Below are positions 39,304 to 47,238 of a DNA stretch of 64,000 bases, in pieces. How positions within the stretch are numbered: position 1 is the first letter of the stretch; each line of letters begins with the position of its first letter. The notes beneath the pieces are model-generated. The model was given only the letters and a program-made list of their open reading frames with translations, had not been told where the DNA came from and did not search any database. The translations under genes and the position numbers were made by a program. Source of the DNA: a virus; IMG/VR virus record IMGVR_UViG_3300032285_004008, one strand, 5' to 3'.

Positions 39304-39405
39304 AAATAACTCCTGTTTGTTCGTTTGGAGTCAACTTTACCAGAGTAGATAAGTAGTGTCAAATCTTTTTGGCTTGGTGTGTTGCGCTAGAAAAAATAAA
39401 TACAA

Positions 39406-39984
39406 CTAGAGATTTAGTCGATGTTTATTTGCCAGCGCTTCGTAATTCTTTTCTGCCTGCTCGAAATCAAATCTAGTCAAGTATTGAACGAATTCGTCAT
39501 AGTCAGGGAGTTCCCTAGAACTAGATACATGAGGAACACTGGAGTATGGCCCTCCATTGAAAATCTTTGTGGATACTGCCTCAGGGTGGAGTATCTCGTC
39601 ACCCAAAGCGTCAGCAACCTTTTTTACAACTGCGCTTGGATCTTTACAGAAGTCTTCATAAAGAACGACAATTTCTGCATTTGAATCTATGAACCTCATC
39701 TTGTCCGAGAACTCGCGAATGTAGAGGTCTACCATGGCATGGTATCCCTCGTCTCCAATTTGACTGTGTCCCTTTTTGGCATTCATTGCAATCAGTGACG
39801 CCACTGAACTTTTAGGGTCGCGAATGATTGAAACGATTTGCATACCATCAGCATCATCATCAAAGTGTGTCCCACGTAGGTGGACTTCGGTCTGCAGTTC
39901 ATAAGTGTGGGTGAATGCATTGAGCCCAGAGCGTGGGTAGGTGTAAACGACGTATCCGTTCTTACGGGTTGAGTCTAATCCCAT
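39406..39984 (-). CDS. Sulfotransferase-like protein
   Basis: YPRSG (5'-PSB), IIRDP...AS (3'-PB), YEDF. Confidence 0.7.
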   Translation of the reverse strand: MGLDSTRKNGYVVYTYPRSGLNAFTHTYELQTEVHLRGTHFDDDADGMQIVSIIRDPKSSVASLIAMNAKKGHSQIGDEGYHAMVDLYIREFSDKMRFIDSNAEIVVLYEDFCKDPSAVVKKVADALGDEILHPEAVSTKIFNGGPYSSVPHVSSSRELPDYDEFVQYLTRFDFEQAEKNYEALANKHRLNL

Positions 39985-39988
39985 GGTG

Positions 39989-40225
39989 CTAAAAATCTTC
40001 CTCCGTTGCTACAACAGCTTCTGCGCACTGCAAGCAAACCGTCCATTGGTCTATGTCATCTAAAACTATAGCGTATGAGTAGAACCCACCGTTGATGTAC
40101 CCGACCTCTTCGTAGCATGCCGAGCATGCCGCGCCGTCAATGTCGTCGATGTCTAGCAAGCCAGCCATCATTGCTGCGTCGATGTCCGCTGCGGACTCTA
40201 TCGTGTGGAGTTCTATATTTCTCAT
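39989..40225 (-). CDS. Small acidic Zn-finger protein
   Basis: CSAC...CLQC. Confidence 0.55.
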   Translation of the reverse strand: MRNIELHTIESAADIDAAMMAGLLDIDDIDGAACSACYEEVGYINGGFYSYAIVLDDIDQWTVCLQCAEAVVATEEDF

Positions 40226-40502
40226 ACGGCTAGAATACCCCGTTGTTCAAATAGTGATTTGAACGCGCTCGCGGTATCCCTAGAAGACCGTTACTCCAAG
40301 CGGTGTTGTCTTCACGAGCAGCCATTCGACATGCCGTGATTCGTTAGAAGTTGCGGATCGCAGCTGAGCTTCAGCTTCCCGTTCGGTTTCAGCAAATGCT
40401 AGAACTCGCCCGTTTAGTGCTGGGTCATCGGCTTTTGTGATGAGATACTCGTATGCGTTCATGAGTCCAGGTTAGCATGCCCGTGCCGTTATTGCAAATT
40501 GA

Positions 40503-40811
40503 CTAGTGAGCAAGCCTGTCCATGAACCGTGCCGACCTTGGAAAGAATCCTTGATTGATTGGAAGCTCGAGAAAGTCGCGGGCCGTTAACTTCCCACCAA
40601 TCCGATTCTCTAGGCAGCCGATGCATAGCATCACATCCTCGCCGCAATAGTCATCCGCGTAGATGGTACCTAACTTCCACAGTTCATCCTCAACCATGTA
40701 GTACTCGTTGGCTTCCAAAGTATTGACCGTGCAGTCCCAGCAATTGAATGCAGTGTAGCAGCGTGCCGTTGAGCATCCGTCAGAGCAGATGCACTTCTCG
40801 TGAATAGTCAT
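40503..40811 (-). CDS. Cys-rich conserved phage protein
   Basis: CWDC...YYMV...W...LCIGCLE.RIG..L...DF. Confidence 0.6.
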   Translation of the reverse strand: MTIHEKCICSDGCSTARCYTAFNCWDCTVNTLEANEYYMVEDELWKLGTIYADDYCGEDVMLCIGCLENRIGGKLTARDFLELPINQGFFPRSARFMDRLAH

Positions 40812-40901
40812 GAGTTCACTGTAGCAAGCGCTCGCCGTTTTGTCAACCGGGCCCTGGCCGCGTGTCGAGTCTAACCGTTCGTTGGAAGTTGAGATCCGAA
40901 T

Positions 40902-41597
40902 CTACCGGCCGTCTCTTGTCCCATCGCGACGTAGTCCTTGTTCGTTGTACATCGAAATGAAGGATGGCAGCACGTAACGGTGCGGGCCTGCAAGAGGCGG
41001 CTTCACTCCGTGAGGGTAATCCGCGGTACCTGGGAAGAGCATCATCGCACCAGCCGGTACACGTAACTCGAGGTTCCTTGTTGGGAAGATGAGCTCGCCG
41101 CCGTTGTAGTCATCGTTGACGTAGATGATTGCAGCATATGCAACATATGGGTCCGTGTAGTTATCGACGTGCACTCTTAGCTCCGCGCCGTCGTATTGGC
41201 GCTGGATGGTACCCAGGCCGTTGTAGTACAAGAAATCGTACGGGCGGATGATGTCTTCAACTTGCCGGTTTAGCTTCTCCGTCAAATCACGAACCGTGTG
41301 AAGATGCAGATTCTTATCCGCCCAGTCCCAAGTGATCTCGAGCTTGCCGTCTTTATTCAGCTGCTCGATGTCACGCGTGCCGTGTTCTCGTTCGGCATGG
41401 TCGCGAAGGTGGTCCATGTAGTGGCCAAGCCAATCCTCCGGGCCGTATGTAACAACCTCGTCCATGATTCGCTTGCGGTCTTCAACATTGAGGAAATTCT
41501 TAATCATGAAGACGTGATCGTCGATCTCATCAACTTCCCAGCCCTGTGCTTCAATATCTGATTTGCGAACAGCTAGCATTTCCTGCTCCGTTAACAT
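40902..41597 (-). CDS. 2OG-Fe(II) oxygenase (prolyl-4-hydroxylase-like)
   Basis: HVD, Y.NDDY.GGE, HGV, RY. Confidence 0.85.
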   Translation of the reverse strand: MLTEQEMLAVRKSDIEAQGWEVDEIDDHVFMIKNFLNVEDRKRIMDEVVTYGPEDWLGHYMDHLRDHAEREHGTRDIEQLNKDGKLEITWDWADKNLHLHTVRDLTEKLNRQVEDIIRPYDFLYYNGLGTIQRQYDGAELRVHVDNYTDPYVAYAAIIYVNDDYNGGELIFPTRNLELRVPAGAMMLFPGTADYPHGVKPPLAGPHRYVLPSFISMYNEQGLRRDGTRDGR

Positions 41598-41600
41598 CCG

Positions 41601-42242
41601 TTACTCCTCGACGGTTTGTATGAATGAAGGCAGCACATACCTGGTTGGACCTGGCCCTACTGGATGCACGCCGTGTTTGTATTCGTTGGTTGTTGGAAAG
41701 AAGATGACGGATCCGGCCGGCGGCCTAACTTCCAACGAACGTGTTGGGAAGTACAGCTCGCCGCCAGTGTAATCATCATTCAAATAAAAGATTACCGCAT
41801 AGACAACAGCGGGTTCGGAATCACCATCCGTGTGAAGTTTGAGCTCCGCACCGAATGGCTGCCGCTGAGCATTACCGATGCCTCGGAATTCCAGGTGACC
41901 GTAAGGTTCAACTAGAGTCTGAATCTTTTCATCAAGTTCGTCAATAGTTGCTGATGGCTGCAGCTGGATCGTTTTATCAATCCACTCTTCATCCAGTGAG
42001 AGCACGCCGTCTTCGATGAGCTCCTCCATTGTTCGACCGAACTGACGCAGCGCGTACTCACGCATGCCGGTTACGTAGTTTTCTTTCCAGGCATCGTCAG
42101 TGTAGCTCTCGATCTCAGATAGCAGCAGGCCGCGTTCGTCGGATGTTAATACCCCCTTGACAAGAAACACCTGGTCATCGAGTACTTCCGGCGTCCAGCC
42201 AATTCGTTGGAAGTCTGAGATCTGCAACATGTTTTGAATCAT
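41601..42242 (-). CDS. 2OG-Fe(II) oxygenase (prolyl-4-hydroxylase-like)
   Basis: HTD, YLNDDYTGGE, HGV, RY; tandem paralog of the previous gene. Confidence 0.85.
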   Translation of the reverse strand: MIQNMLQISDFQRIGWTPEVLDDQVFLVKGVLTSDERGLLLSEIESYTDDAWKENYVTGMREYALRQFGRTMEELIEDGVLSLDEEWIDKTIQLQPSATIDELDEKIQTLVEPYGHLEFRGIGNAQRQPFGAELKLHTDGDSEPAVVYAVIFYLNDDYTGGELYFPTRSLEVRPPAGSVIFFPTTNEYKHGVHPVGPGPTRYVLPSFIQTVEE

Positions 42243-42252
42243 AGCACAGATT

Positions 42253-43101
42253 CTAATCGATCACAAAAAGCTTGGTCATCGCGGCGAGTCTCTTCAGGGT
42301 ACCGGCCTCCGGGGCTCCGTTAGCTTCAGATCCTACACGTCCGATGTTTCGTTGGAAGCGAGCAAACGCGCTCGCGGTAGCTCCATCCCACTTTCCTTCT
42401 TCAGCCCCTGAGATGTCGGTTACCTGGGAAAGCGCTAATTGAACAGCGGTTACGTGTTTGTTCTTAGATCCTGGCTGCAACTTCCTAACATCAACCGTTA
42501 GAAGTTGAGCTGCAGCTTCTGCTAGCTGAGCTAGTTCGATCCGATCTGCAGCGCTGAACTTCTTACGAATCCAGGCCGTTAGTTCCTTCCAGGCCGCCGC
42601 AGCTTGTACGTACAACAACTTCCGAATTCCTCGTTCGAAGTTAGCGGGCCGCAAGAAGATCGCAACATCAGTTGTGTATCGGATCCGTTGATGCACGCCG
42701 TCGAACTGTTGGTAAGAAGTTGATCCGGTCACGTTACCTTCAACGGTTAGGAACCGGCCGTTTGATTTGAACTCACGAGTATCTACTACCACGCCGCAGT
42801 GTGGCGCAGCAAAGCTTGATCCGTTAGTTACCGTGATTGATGAGAAGTTGAAGATCGCGATATCACCTGGCTGAGGCTTCTTACGAAGCTGGCCGTTACG
42901 TGCGAATTCCGCGAGCGCGGCTGGACTATAAACGAAGCTCGGTATATCCAGGCCGCTCTCCCGGGCGATCACATCAATGAACGAGCCGGACCACACCGTG
43001 GAATCATACCCTACGCGCTCGCCGAATATGTTCCGTCCAAGAAGCTCGGACTTATATCCGGTGTAGCGGCGGGCCGCTGCAATAAACGCATCTACCGTCA
43101 T
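42253..43101 (-). CDS. CHAP-like domain + peptidoglycan-binding domain protein
   Basis: WSGSF (canonical WCxxF), PQPGDI.IF, HCGVV, TVEGN; C-terminal PG_binding_1-like region. Confidence 0.7.
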   Translation of the reverse strand: MTVDAFIAAARRYTGYKSELLGRNIFGERVGYDSTVWSGSFIDVIARESGLDIPSFVYSPAALAEFARNGQLRKKPQPGDIAIFNFSSITVTNGSSFAAPHCGVVVDTREFKSNGRFLTVEGNVTGSTSYQQFDGVHQRIRYTTDVAIFLRPANFERGIRKLLYVQAAAAWKELTAWIRKKFSAADRIELAQLAEAAAQLLTVDVRKLQPGSKNKHVTAVQLALSQVTDISGAEEGKWDGATASAFARFQRNIGRVGSEANGAPEAGTLKRLAAMTKLFVID

Positions 43102-43146
43102 TATGTTCCTTCGTTAAAAGTTAAGGATCTGAGCTAGCTGCAGTTA

Positions 43147-43323
43147 CTAGTCCGTTTCAGGAAGTTGTTCGGAAGATAGCTCGAGTACTTGATTGTACAA
43201 GTTCTCGGCTTCCTGGGCAAGAGCGGTTAATCGGATGTGCTCGATACGGGTACCTGCATTGTTTATATCCGCTTTGAGGTTTTCGTACAAGTTGCTGGCC
43301 GCTATTACCAGATCTTCTTTTTG
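43147..43323 (-). CDS. Small hypothetical protein (start uncertain, 43323-43398)
   Basis: ORF track 43147..43398; a GTG near 43335 is the likely start. Confidence 0.4.
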   Translation of the reverse strand, partial: QKEDLVIAASNLYENLKADINNAGTRIEHIRLTALAQEAENLYNQVLELSSEQLPETD

Positions 43324-43327
43324 TTCT

Positions 43328-44236
43328 TTATTCACTAGCGGTTTCTTCCTTGTCCGTTTCAACGACTTCTGCATCAATGATGTCTTTTTCGGGTTCAACG
43401 TGAAGTCCCGCTTCAGCTAGTCTAGCAGCAGCTGAAATTGCACCTTGGGCGAGACGGTCAAGACGCTCGGCAATCACACTAGCAGCAGGCCGCACATCAA
43501 GGTTCACCGTTGTGTCTATCTCCACGCCGCCTCGAACTCCGGCACGATCTAGGATCTCCGTTGCAGCTTTCAACTTCACCGGTTCTGACTCCGCGTTCTC
43601 CATCAGATCTTCGAGTAGATCTACTGCGTACGGGGCCGCCTGTACCAACTTCGCACGAGCCCGTTCGATGTCGTCACTCGTTTTATGTTTGACGGATCTT
43701 AAGTGGATACGGCACAGGCCGTCATCTTTTGGACGGCCGCTGCTCCACAACATACAACGAATACCGTCATCTTTGATCTGGCGGCAGCGGTGGGGTTGGG
43801 CTAGAGGTTGACGCTTCGGGTTAAGTACACCCGTTTCCTGTTCTTTCAAATAGAGGCGGGTACTATGTACAACCCAAGGCGGTACTAAGTAGTCGCTCGC
43901 CTCTTCCGCTAGAAGATCCAGGCCGGTGATAAAGTCCGAGTTGTTGTCCGTCGGAACCATGAGAAGTGGGCGCTTTTCGGCAAGAGATTGGAGGCGACGC
44001 TCCATCCGACTTTCAACGCTTCGTGCGAAGATGAGTCCGGTAGCTTGGCCCGTTGTTGAATAAACAGGATCCCAAGACATACGCGCTCGCCGTAGGATAG
44101 CACGGTTTTGAAAGTTATCTTCGCAAACGCCCCTATCAACTTCTTCAATACCGAGAAGGGAAAGGTCGGGGCGGAGGTCGATAGGTTCATCAACCCGAGG
44201 AGCTAAGTCAGCCGGGTCTTCGTCTTTTTCGAACAT
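43328..44236 (-). CDS. Putative terminase small subunit-like protein
   Basis: RC..IK.DG.RC...G.C..H (HGGxSTG-like Zn motif) plus SEPVKLKAATEILDRAG and IIDAEVVE, features common in TerS-like proteins. Confidence 0.5.
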   Translation of the reverse strand: MFEKDEDPADLAPRVDEPIDLRPDLSLLGIEEVDRGVCEDNFQNRAILRRARMSWDPVYSTTGQATGLIFARSVESRMERRLQSLAEKRPLLMVPTDNNSDFITGLDLLAEEASDYLVPPWVVHSTRLYLKEQETGVLNPKRQPLAQPHRCRQIKDDGIRCMLWSSGRPKDDGLCRIHLRSVKHKTSDDIERARAKLVQAAPYAVDLLEDLMENAESEPVKLKAATEILDRAGVRGGVEIDTTVNLDVRPAASVIAERLDRLAQGAISAAARLAEAGLHVEPEKDIIDAEVVETDKEETASE

Positions 44237-44505
44237 CGTTCTCTCCGTTGGAAGTTGGCTTGTGGATATCTACAAAAGTTACCCTATTGTTTAGAAGTTA
44301 CAAGCCGTCATAAGTGTTAGGTGACGATGGCTCTGCCGACTGGGGAGAGGACTTGCGGGAGAACCACCGTCCTATTAATTTTACGCTATGGCAAATCCTG
44401 TGATTTGTCGTAGGGTATAGTCAAAAAGTTTTTTTGCCCGTGGACAGGGAGACGCCAGGGTAATCTCTTTACATTAACAACGAATGTACTCTAGTACAGT
44501 TCTTA

Positions 44506-44775
44506 CTAGTTGATTCGTTTAGCGGTCTTGTTGTTTAGCTTGCCGCTCAGTAGTCTAAATCGACCTTGCTCATCGCGAAGGAACTGTCTAGAGTTATCCT
44601 TCGCTCTCGCTGATTTTTGTTTTTGCTTCTCTAAATGAACTGACTCAACATCGTCTAAATGAACATAGCCAGGGTGGGCTAACTTAAGTGAACCGTCTTC
44701 AATCCAGTTGTAGATTGTTTTATAGCTGACGCCGATAACGATAGCGGCTACCCTAATCTTTGTCATTTTTCTCAT
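44506..44775 (-). CDS. Excisionase/MerR-type HTH DNA-binding protein
   Basis: AAIVIGVSYKTIYNWIEDGSL. Confidence 0.7.
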   Translation of the reverse strand: MRKMTKIRVAAIVIGVSYKTIYNWIEDGSLKLAHPGYVHLDDVESVHLEKQKQKSARAKDNSRQFLRDEQGRFRLLSGKLNNKTAKRIN

Positions 44776-44777
44776 GG

Positions 44778-45248
44778 CTAAACACTATCACTCTTGACCC
44801 ACCAACCGCGGTGGTCTTTCTTTAATTTCTTAACTTGCTCTCGAAGCTCTTCGATTCTATCTCGGTGGTGAATCCTATCTTCGATTTGACTTGGCAAAGC
44901 TAGAATTTCATATCGGTCTACGGCAAAGTGAATTTTGTTTCCATAGACATAGTGTCTTTTAATATACCCCATTTGAGCATAATAGCTAATCATCCTGGTC
45001 CCGACCTTTAGGATGTCTGCTGCTTCTTTGGTTGAGATTAGTCTTCCGGAATATCTCTTGAGGATAATCTCAAACTTGGAAAGTCCCATGATGTTTTTGA
45101 CTTCTTCAGAGTCAACTAAATAATTCCTCTTGTGAAAGTTAGCTGTTGGGTATTTCTTCAAGAGTCCGCTCTTGGTCCAATGAGTAATCATTGTGTCAGT
45201 TACGAATGCAAGTTTTGCTGCTTCATGTGGAGTGATTAATGGCATGTC
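44778..45248 (-). CDS. Tandem MerR-type HTH DNA-binding protein
   Basis: LITPHEAAKL..V....I..W...G.L and LISTKEAADILKV....I..Y...G.I. Confidence 0.7.
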   Translation of the reverse strand, partial: DMPLITPHEAAKLAFVTDTMITHWTKSGLLKKYPTANFHKRNYLVDSEEVKNIMGLSKFEIILKRYSGRLISTKEAADILKVGTRMISYYAQMGYIKRHYVYGNKIHFAVDRYEILALPSQIEDRIHHRDRIEELREQVKKLKKDHRGWWVKSDSV

Positions 45249-45340
45249 ATGAGTATAAAGAAAACGGACCCCAAACGCAAGTTTGAGATCCGTTTTCCAA
45301 ACTCCAGAAGGCAACCATATACTGACTGGAGTTTTAACCC

Positions 45341-45895
45341 TTACTTCTTTTTCGGGGCTGGCTTTTTCTTCTTAGCAACAGGAGTATCAGCAATGTCCTT
45401 CTTGATAGCATCCTTCTTTGCAGTGGTCTTAGCAACTGGCTTCTTTTCAGTAGCCTTAGCCTTAGCCTTAGCCTTAGCCTTCTTGTTCTCAGCAACCTTC
45501 TTGTTGATTCCATCAATCACGGCTGGCTTCTGAACAATGCCCTTAGCCTTCATGGCTTCTGCATCTTCGATGACCTGCTGTAGCTTTGGCTTACGTGCTG
45601 GCTTAGTAGCGGAAGCTGCTTCAATCTTAGAAGTCACGCTCTTTGCGTAAGTCTTCTTTTCATCTCCAGCCTTGCAGTAGCACTTATCTCCCTGACCACA
45701 AACACATGCTGGGTTGTCGTTAGCAGTTGCTTTCACAGTGGTAATCTTTGTGTGGTCTACTGGACACTTTGCTTCCTGCTTGTCTTCCATAACCCAGCGA
45801 CCCATATCATCACGCTTGATAAACATCGGACCGTGCTCATTTGGCAGAGCCTTACCGCCTCGTAGAATCCTACGAATTTTGTTAAAGATTCCCAT
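45341..45895 (-). CDS. Lysine-rich histone-H1-like protein
   Basis: KAKAKAKAT/PVAKK tail; small Cys cluster. Confidence 0.55.
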   Translation of the reverse strand: MGIFNKIRRILRGGKALPNEHGPMFIKRDDMGRWVMEDKQEAKCPVDHTKITTVKATANDNPACVCGQGDKCYCKAGDEKKTYAKSVTSKIEAASATKPARKPKLQQVIEDAEAMKAKGIVQKPAVIDGINKKVAENKKAKAKAKAKATEKKPVAKTTAKKDAIKKDIADTPVAKKKKPAPKKK

Positions 45896-46124
45896 CTTCC
45901 ATACCTTTCCAGATATCTTCTAGTTGATCGACATCCACAACTGGGTCGATTTTGTTGATAATACTCCAAATGTATTCAGTTAGAGTATCGGCTACTTGCA
46001 CATCGAGTACATCATAGTCAGTCAGAATTTGTAGATGCGCTTCGATCTGACGACCCGCTTCTTCCTTCATCATCGTTACCACACTCCTTGCATTGACAGT
46101 ACCACTTTTTCTCGTAATATTCAA
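45882..46124 (-). CDS. Hypothetical protein
   Basis: ORF track. Confidence 0.45.
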   Translation of the reverse strand: MNITRKSGTVNARSVVTMMKEEAGRQIEAHLQILTDYDVLDVQVADTLTEYIWSIINKIDPVVDVDQLEDIWKGMEDGNL

Positions 46125-46184
46125 TTACCTTTTTGCAGTCTTTATGAAAGCCAGTCATACACCAGCCACATTTCATTCTGCTCA

Positions 46185-46658
46185 CTACCGATTCCTACGG
46201 CATTCAGCACAGAGCATAACATTGTAGCCTTTGTCTTCATAAAGAATAACTCCACGCTCACTAACTGGAACTGGACTCAAATCCAAAGTTGATCCACATG
46301 GTCCACAAGTAGGAGTCCCAATCCACTCGAGTTTCTGTCCTGCCTTCTCAGCATCTCTGATACCTTGAGCCAAAGCATGCATAGGTCCAGGACCAGTAGT
46401 CTTGCGTAAAAAGATTCGAGTATCTTCTACAGTCAAAATCAATTGCTTCTTTTGGCATTTACAGTTTTGCTTATTCGCAGTGCAGAACTGAGCTCCTGCG
46501 CTAGTCACATCATGAAAACCATCCGCATGGCCGCACATGCAGATTGATTTACTCTTGGCTTTAACCTTCTTAGCTTCCTCAAGCACTTGGTCAATATCCT
46601 CAGCGGTGAAGTCAAAAACTGAAAGCAAGCTCTTGTTGTTATTTTCTTCCATAACCAT
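46185..46658 (-). CDS. Cys-rich Zn-binding protein
   Basis: CMCGH, C..CKC, CGPC, CAEC. Confidence 0.6.
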   Translation of the reverse strand: MVMEENNNKSLLSVFDFTAEDIDQVLEEAKKVKAKSKSICMCGHADGFHDVTSAGAQFCTANKQNCKCQKKQLILTVEDTRIFLRKTTGPGPMHALAQGIRDAEKAGQKLEWIGTPTCGPCGSTLDLSPVPVSERGVILYEDKGYNVMLCAECRRNR

Positions 46659-46679
46659 ATCCTTTCGCTTGACATTTCA

Positions 46680-47120
46680 TTTGTCAAGTCCATTTTCTGT
46701 CAAGTCCATTCTAACACCTATTTATATCTATTTATATTTATCATAGCTATTTAACCTATTTGACTGAACTTTACTAAAGGAATGACCCATACGTACACAC
46801 GCGTAGTACTAGATTAATCAAATAGGTTAAATAGATATAAATAGGTAGGTTATTATCAAATTTTTTATCTTTTTAAAACTTGTTTTTCTTGATAATACCT
46901 TACCCTGTATTATCACCTTTTTAGCATCTAATATTATTTTTTCTTGATAATAACTTTACTTGCTTTTACTTCATATTTATAGTAGAATACACTACCACTA
47001 TGCTACACTTCAAGTACCTATTTAACCTATTTAATTTAATTTATAGAGAGAAAAAATATCTAAGATTTTTCCCATTTAACTAGCAAAATAGGTCAGATAG
47101 ATTGAATAGGTTAGAGCCAA
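46680..47120. repeat. AT-rich region with nested inverted and direct repeats (putative replication origin)
   Basis: 17-bp IR CTATTTAACCTATTTGA at 46747-46763/46818-46834; 16-bp IR at 46717-46732/46830-46845; direct copy at 47018-47032; TGTCAAGTCCATT twice; TTTTTCTTGATAATA twice. Confidence 0.6.
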
Positions 47121-47238
47121 GATTAGATATCAAATCGTTACATATCAACTTCCAACGAATCTTTTTATCACTCGTCAGAAGATAATATATTAATTAATTC
47201 TAAAAATAACCACCAAATTTAAGATTTACAATAGTTCC

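Larger units (their letters stand above)
23850..39404. repeat. Dispersed 16-bp box AGAAAAAATAAATAC(A), about 23 copies, one per cassette
   Basis: Plus-strand copies start at 24291, 24660, 25099, 25469, 26138, 26651, 27127, 27657, 28043, 28709, 29344, 29953, 30447, 30891, 31481, 31996, 32440, 33012, 34328, 38722 and 39389. Inverted copies at 23850 and 38082 (the latter one A shorter). All lie between the refined gene calls. Confidence 0.95.

Noticed and set aside
23850-39404. CRISPR array
   Set aside because: Repeats are only 16 bp and separated by 0.35-4 kb of genes, promoters and terminators; no cas genes.
23850-39404. Classical integron cassette array
   Set aside because: No tyrosine integrase in the window and no attC-like imperfect palindromes. 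Cassettes carry their own promoters, and the phased spacing points to a transcriptional role.
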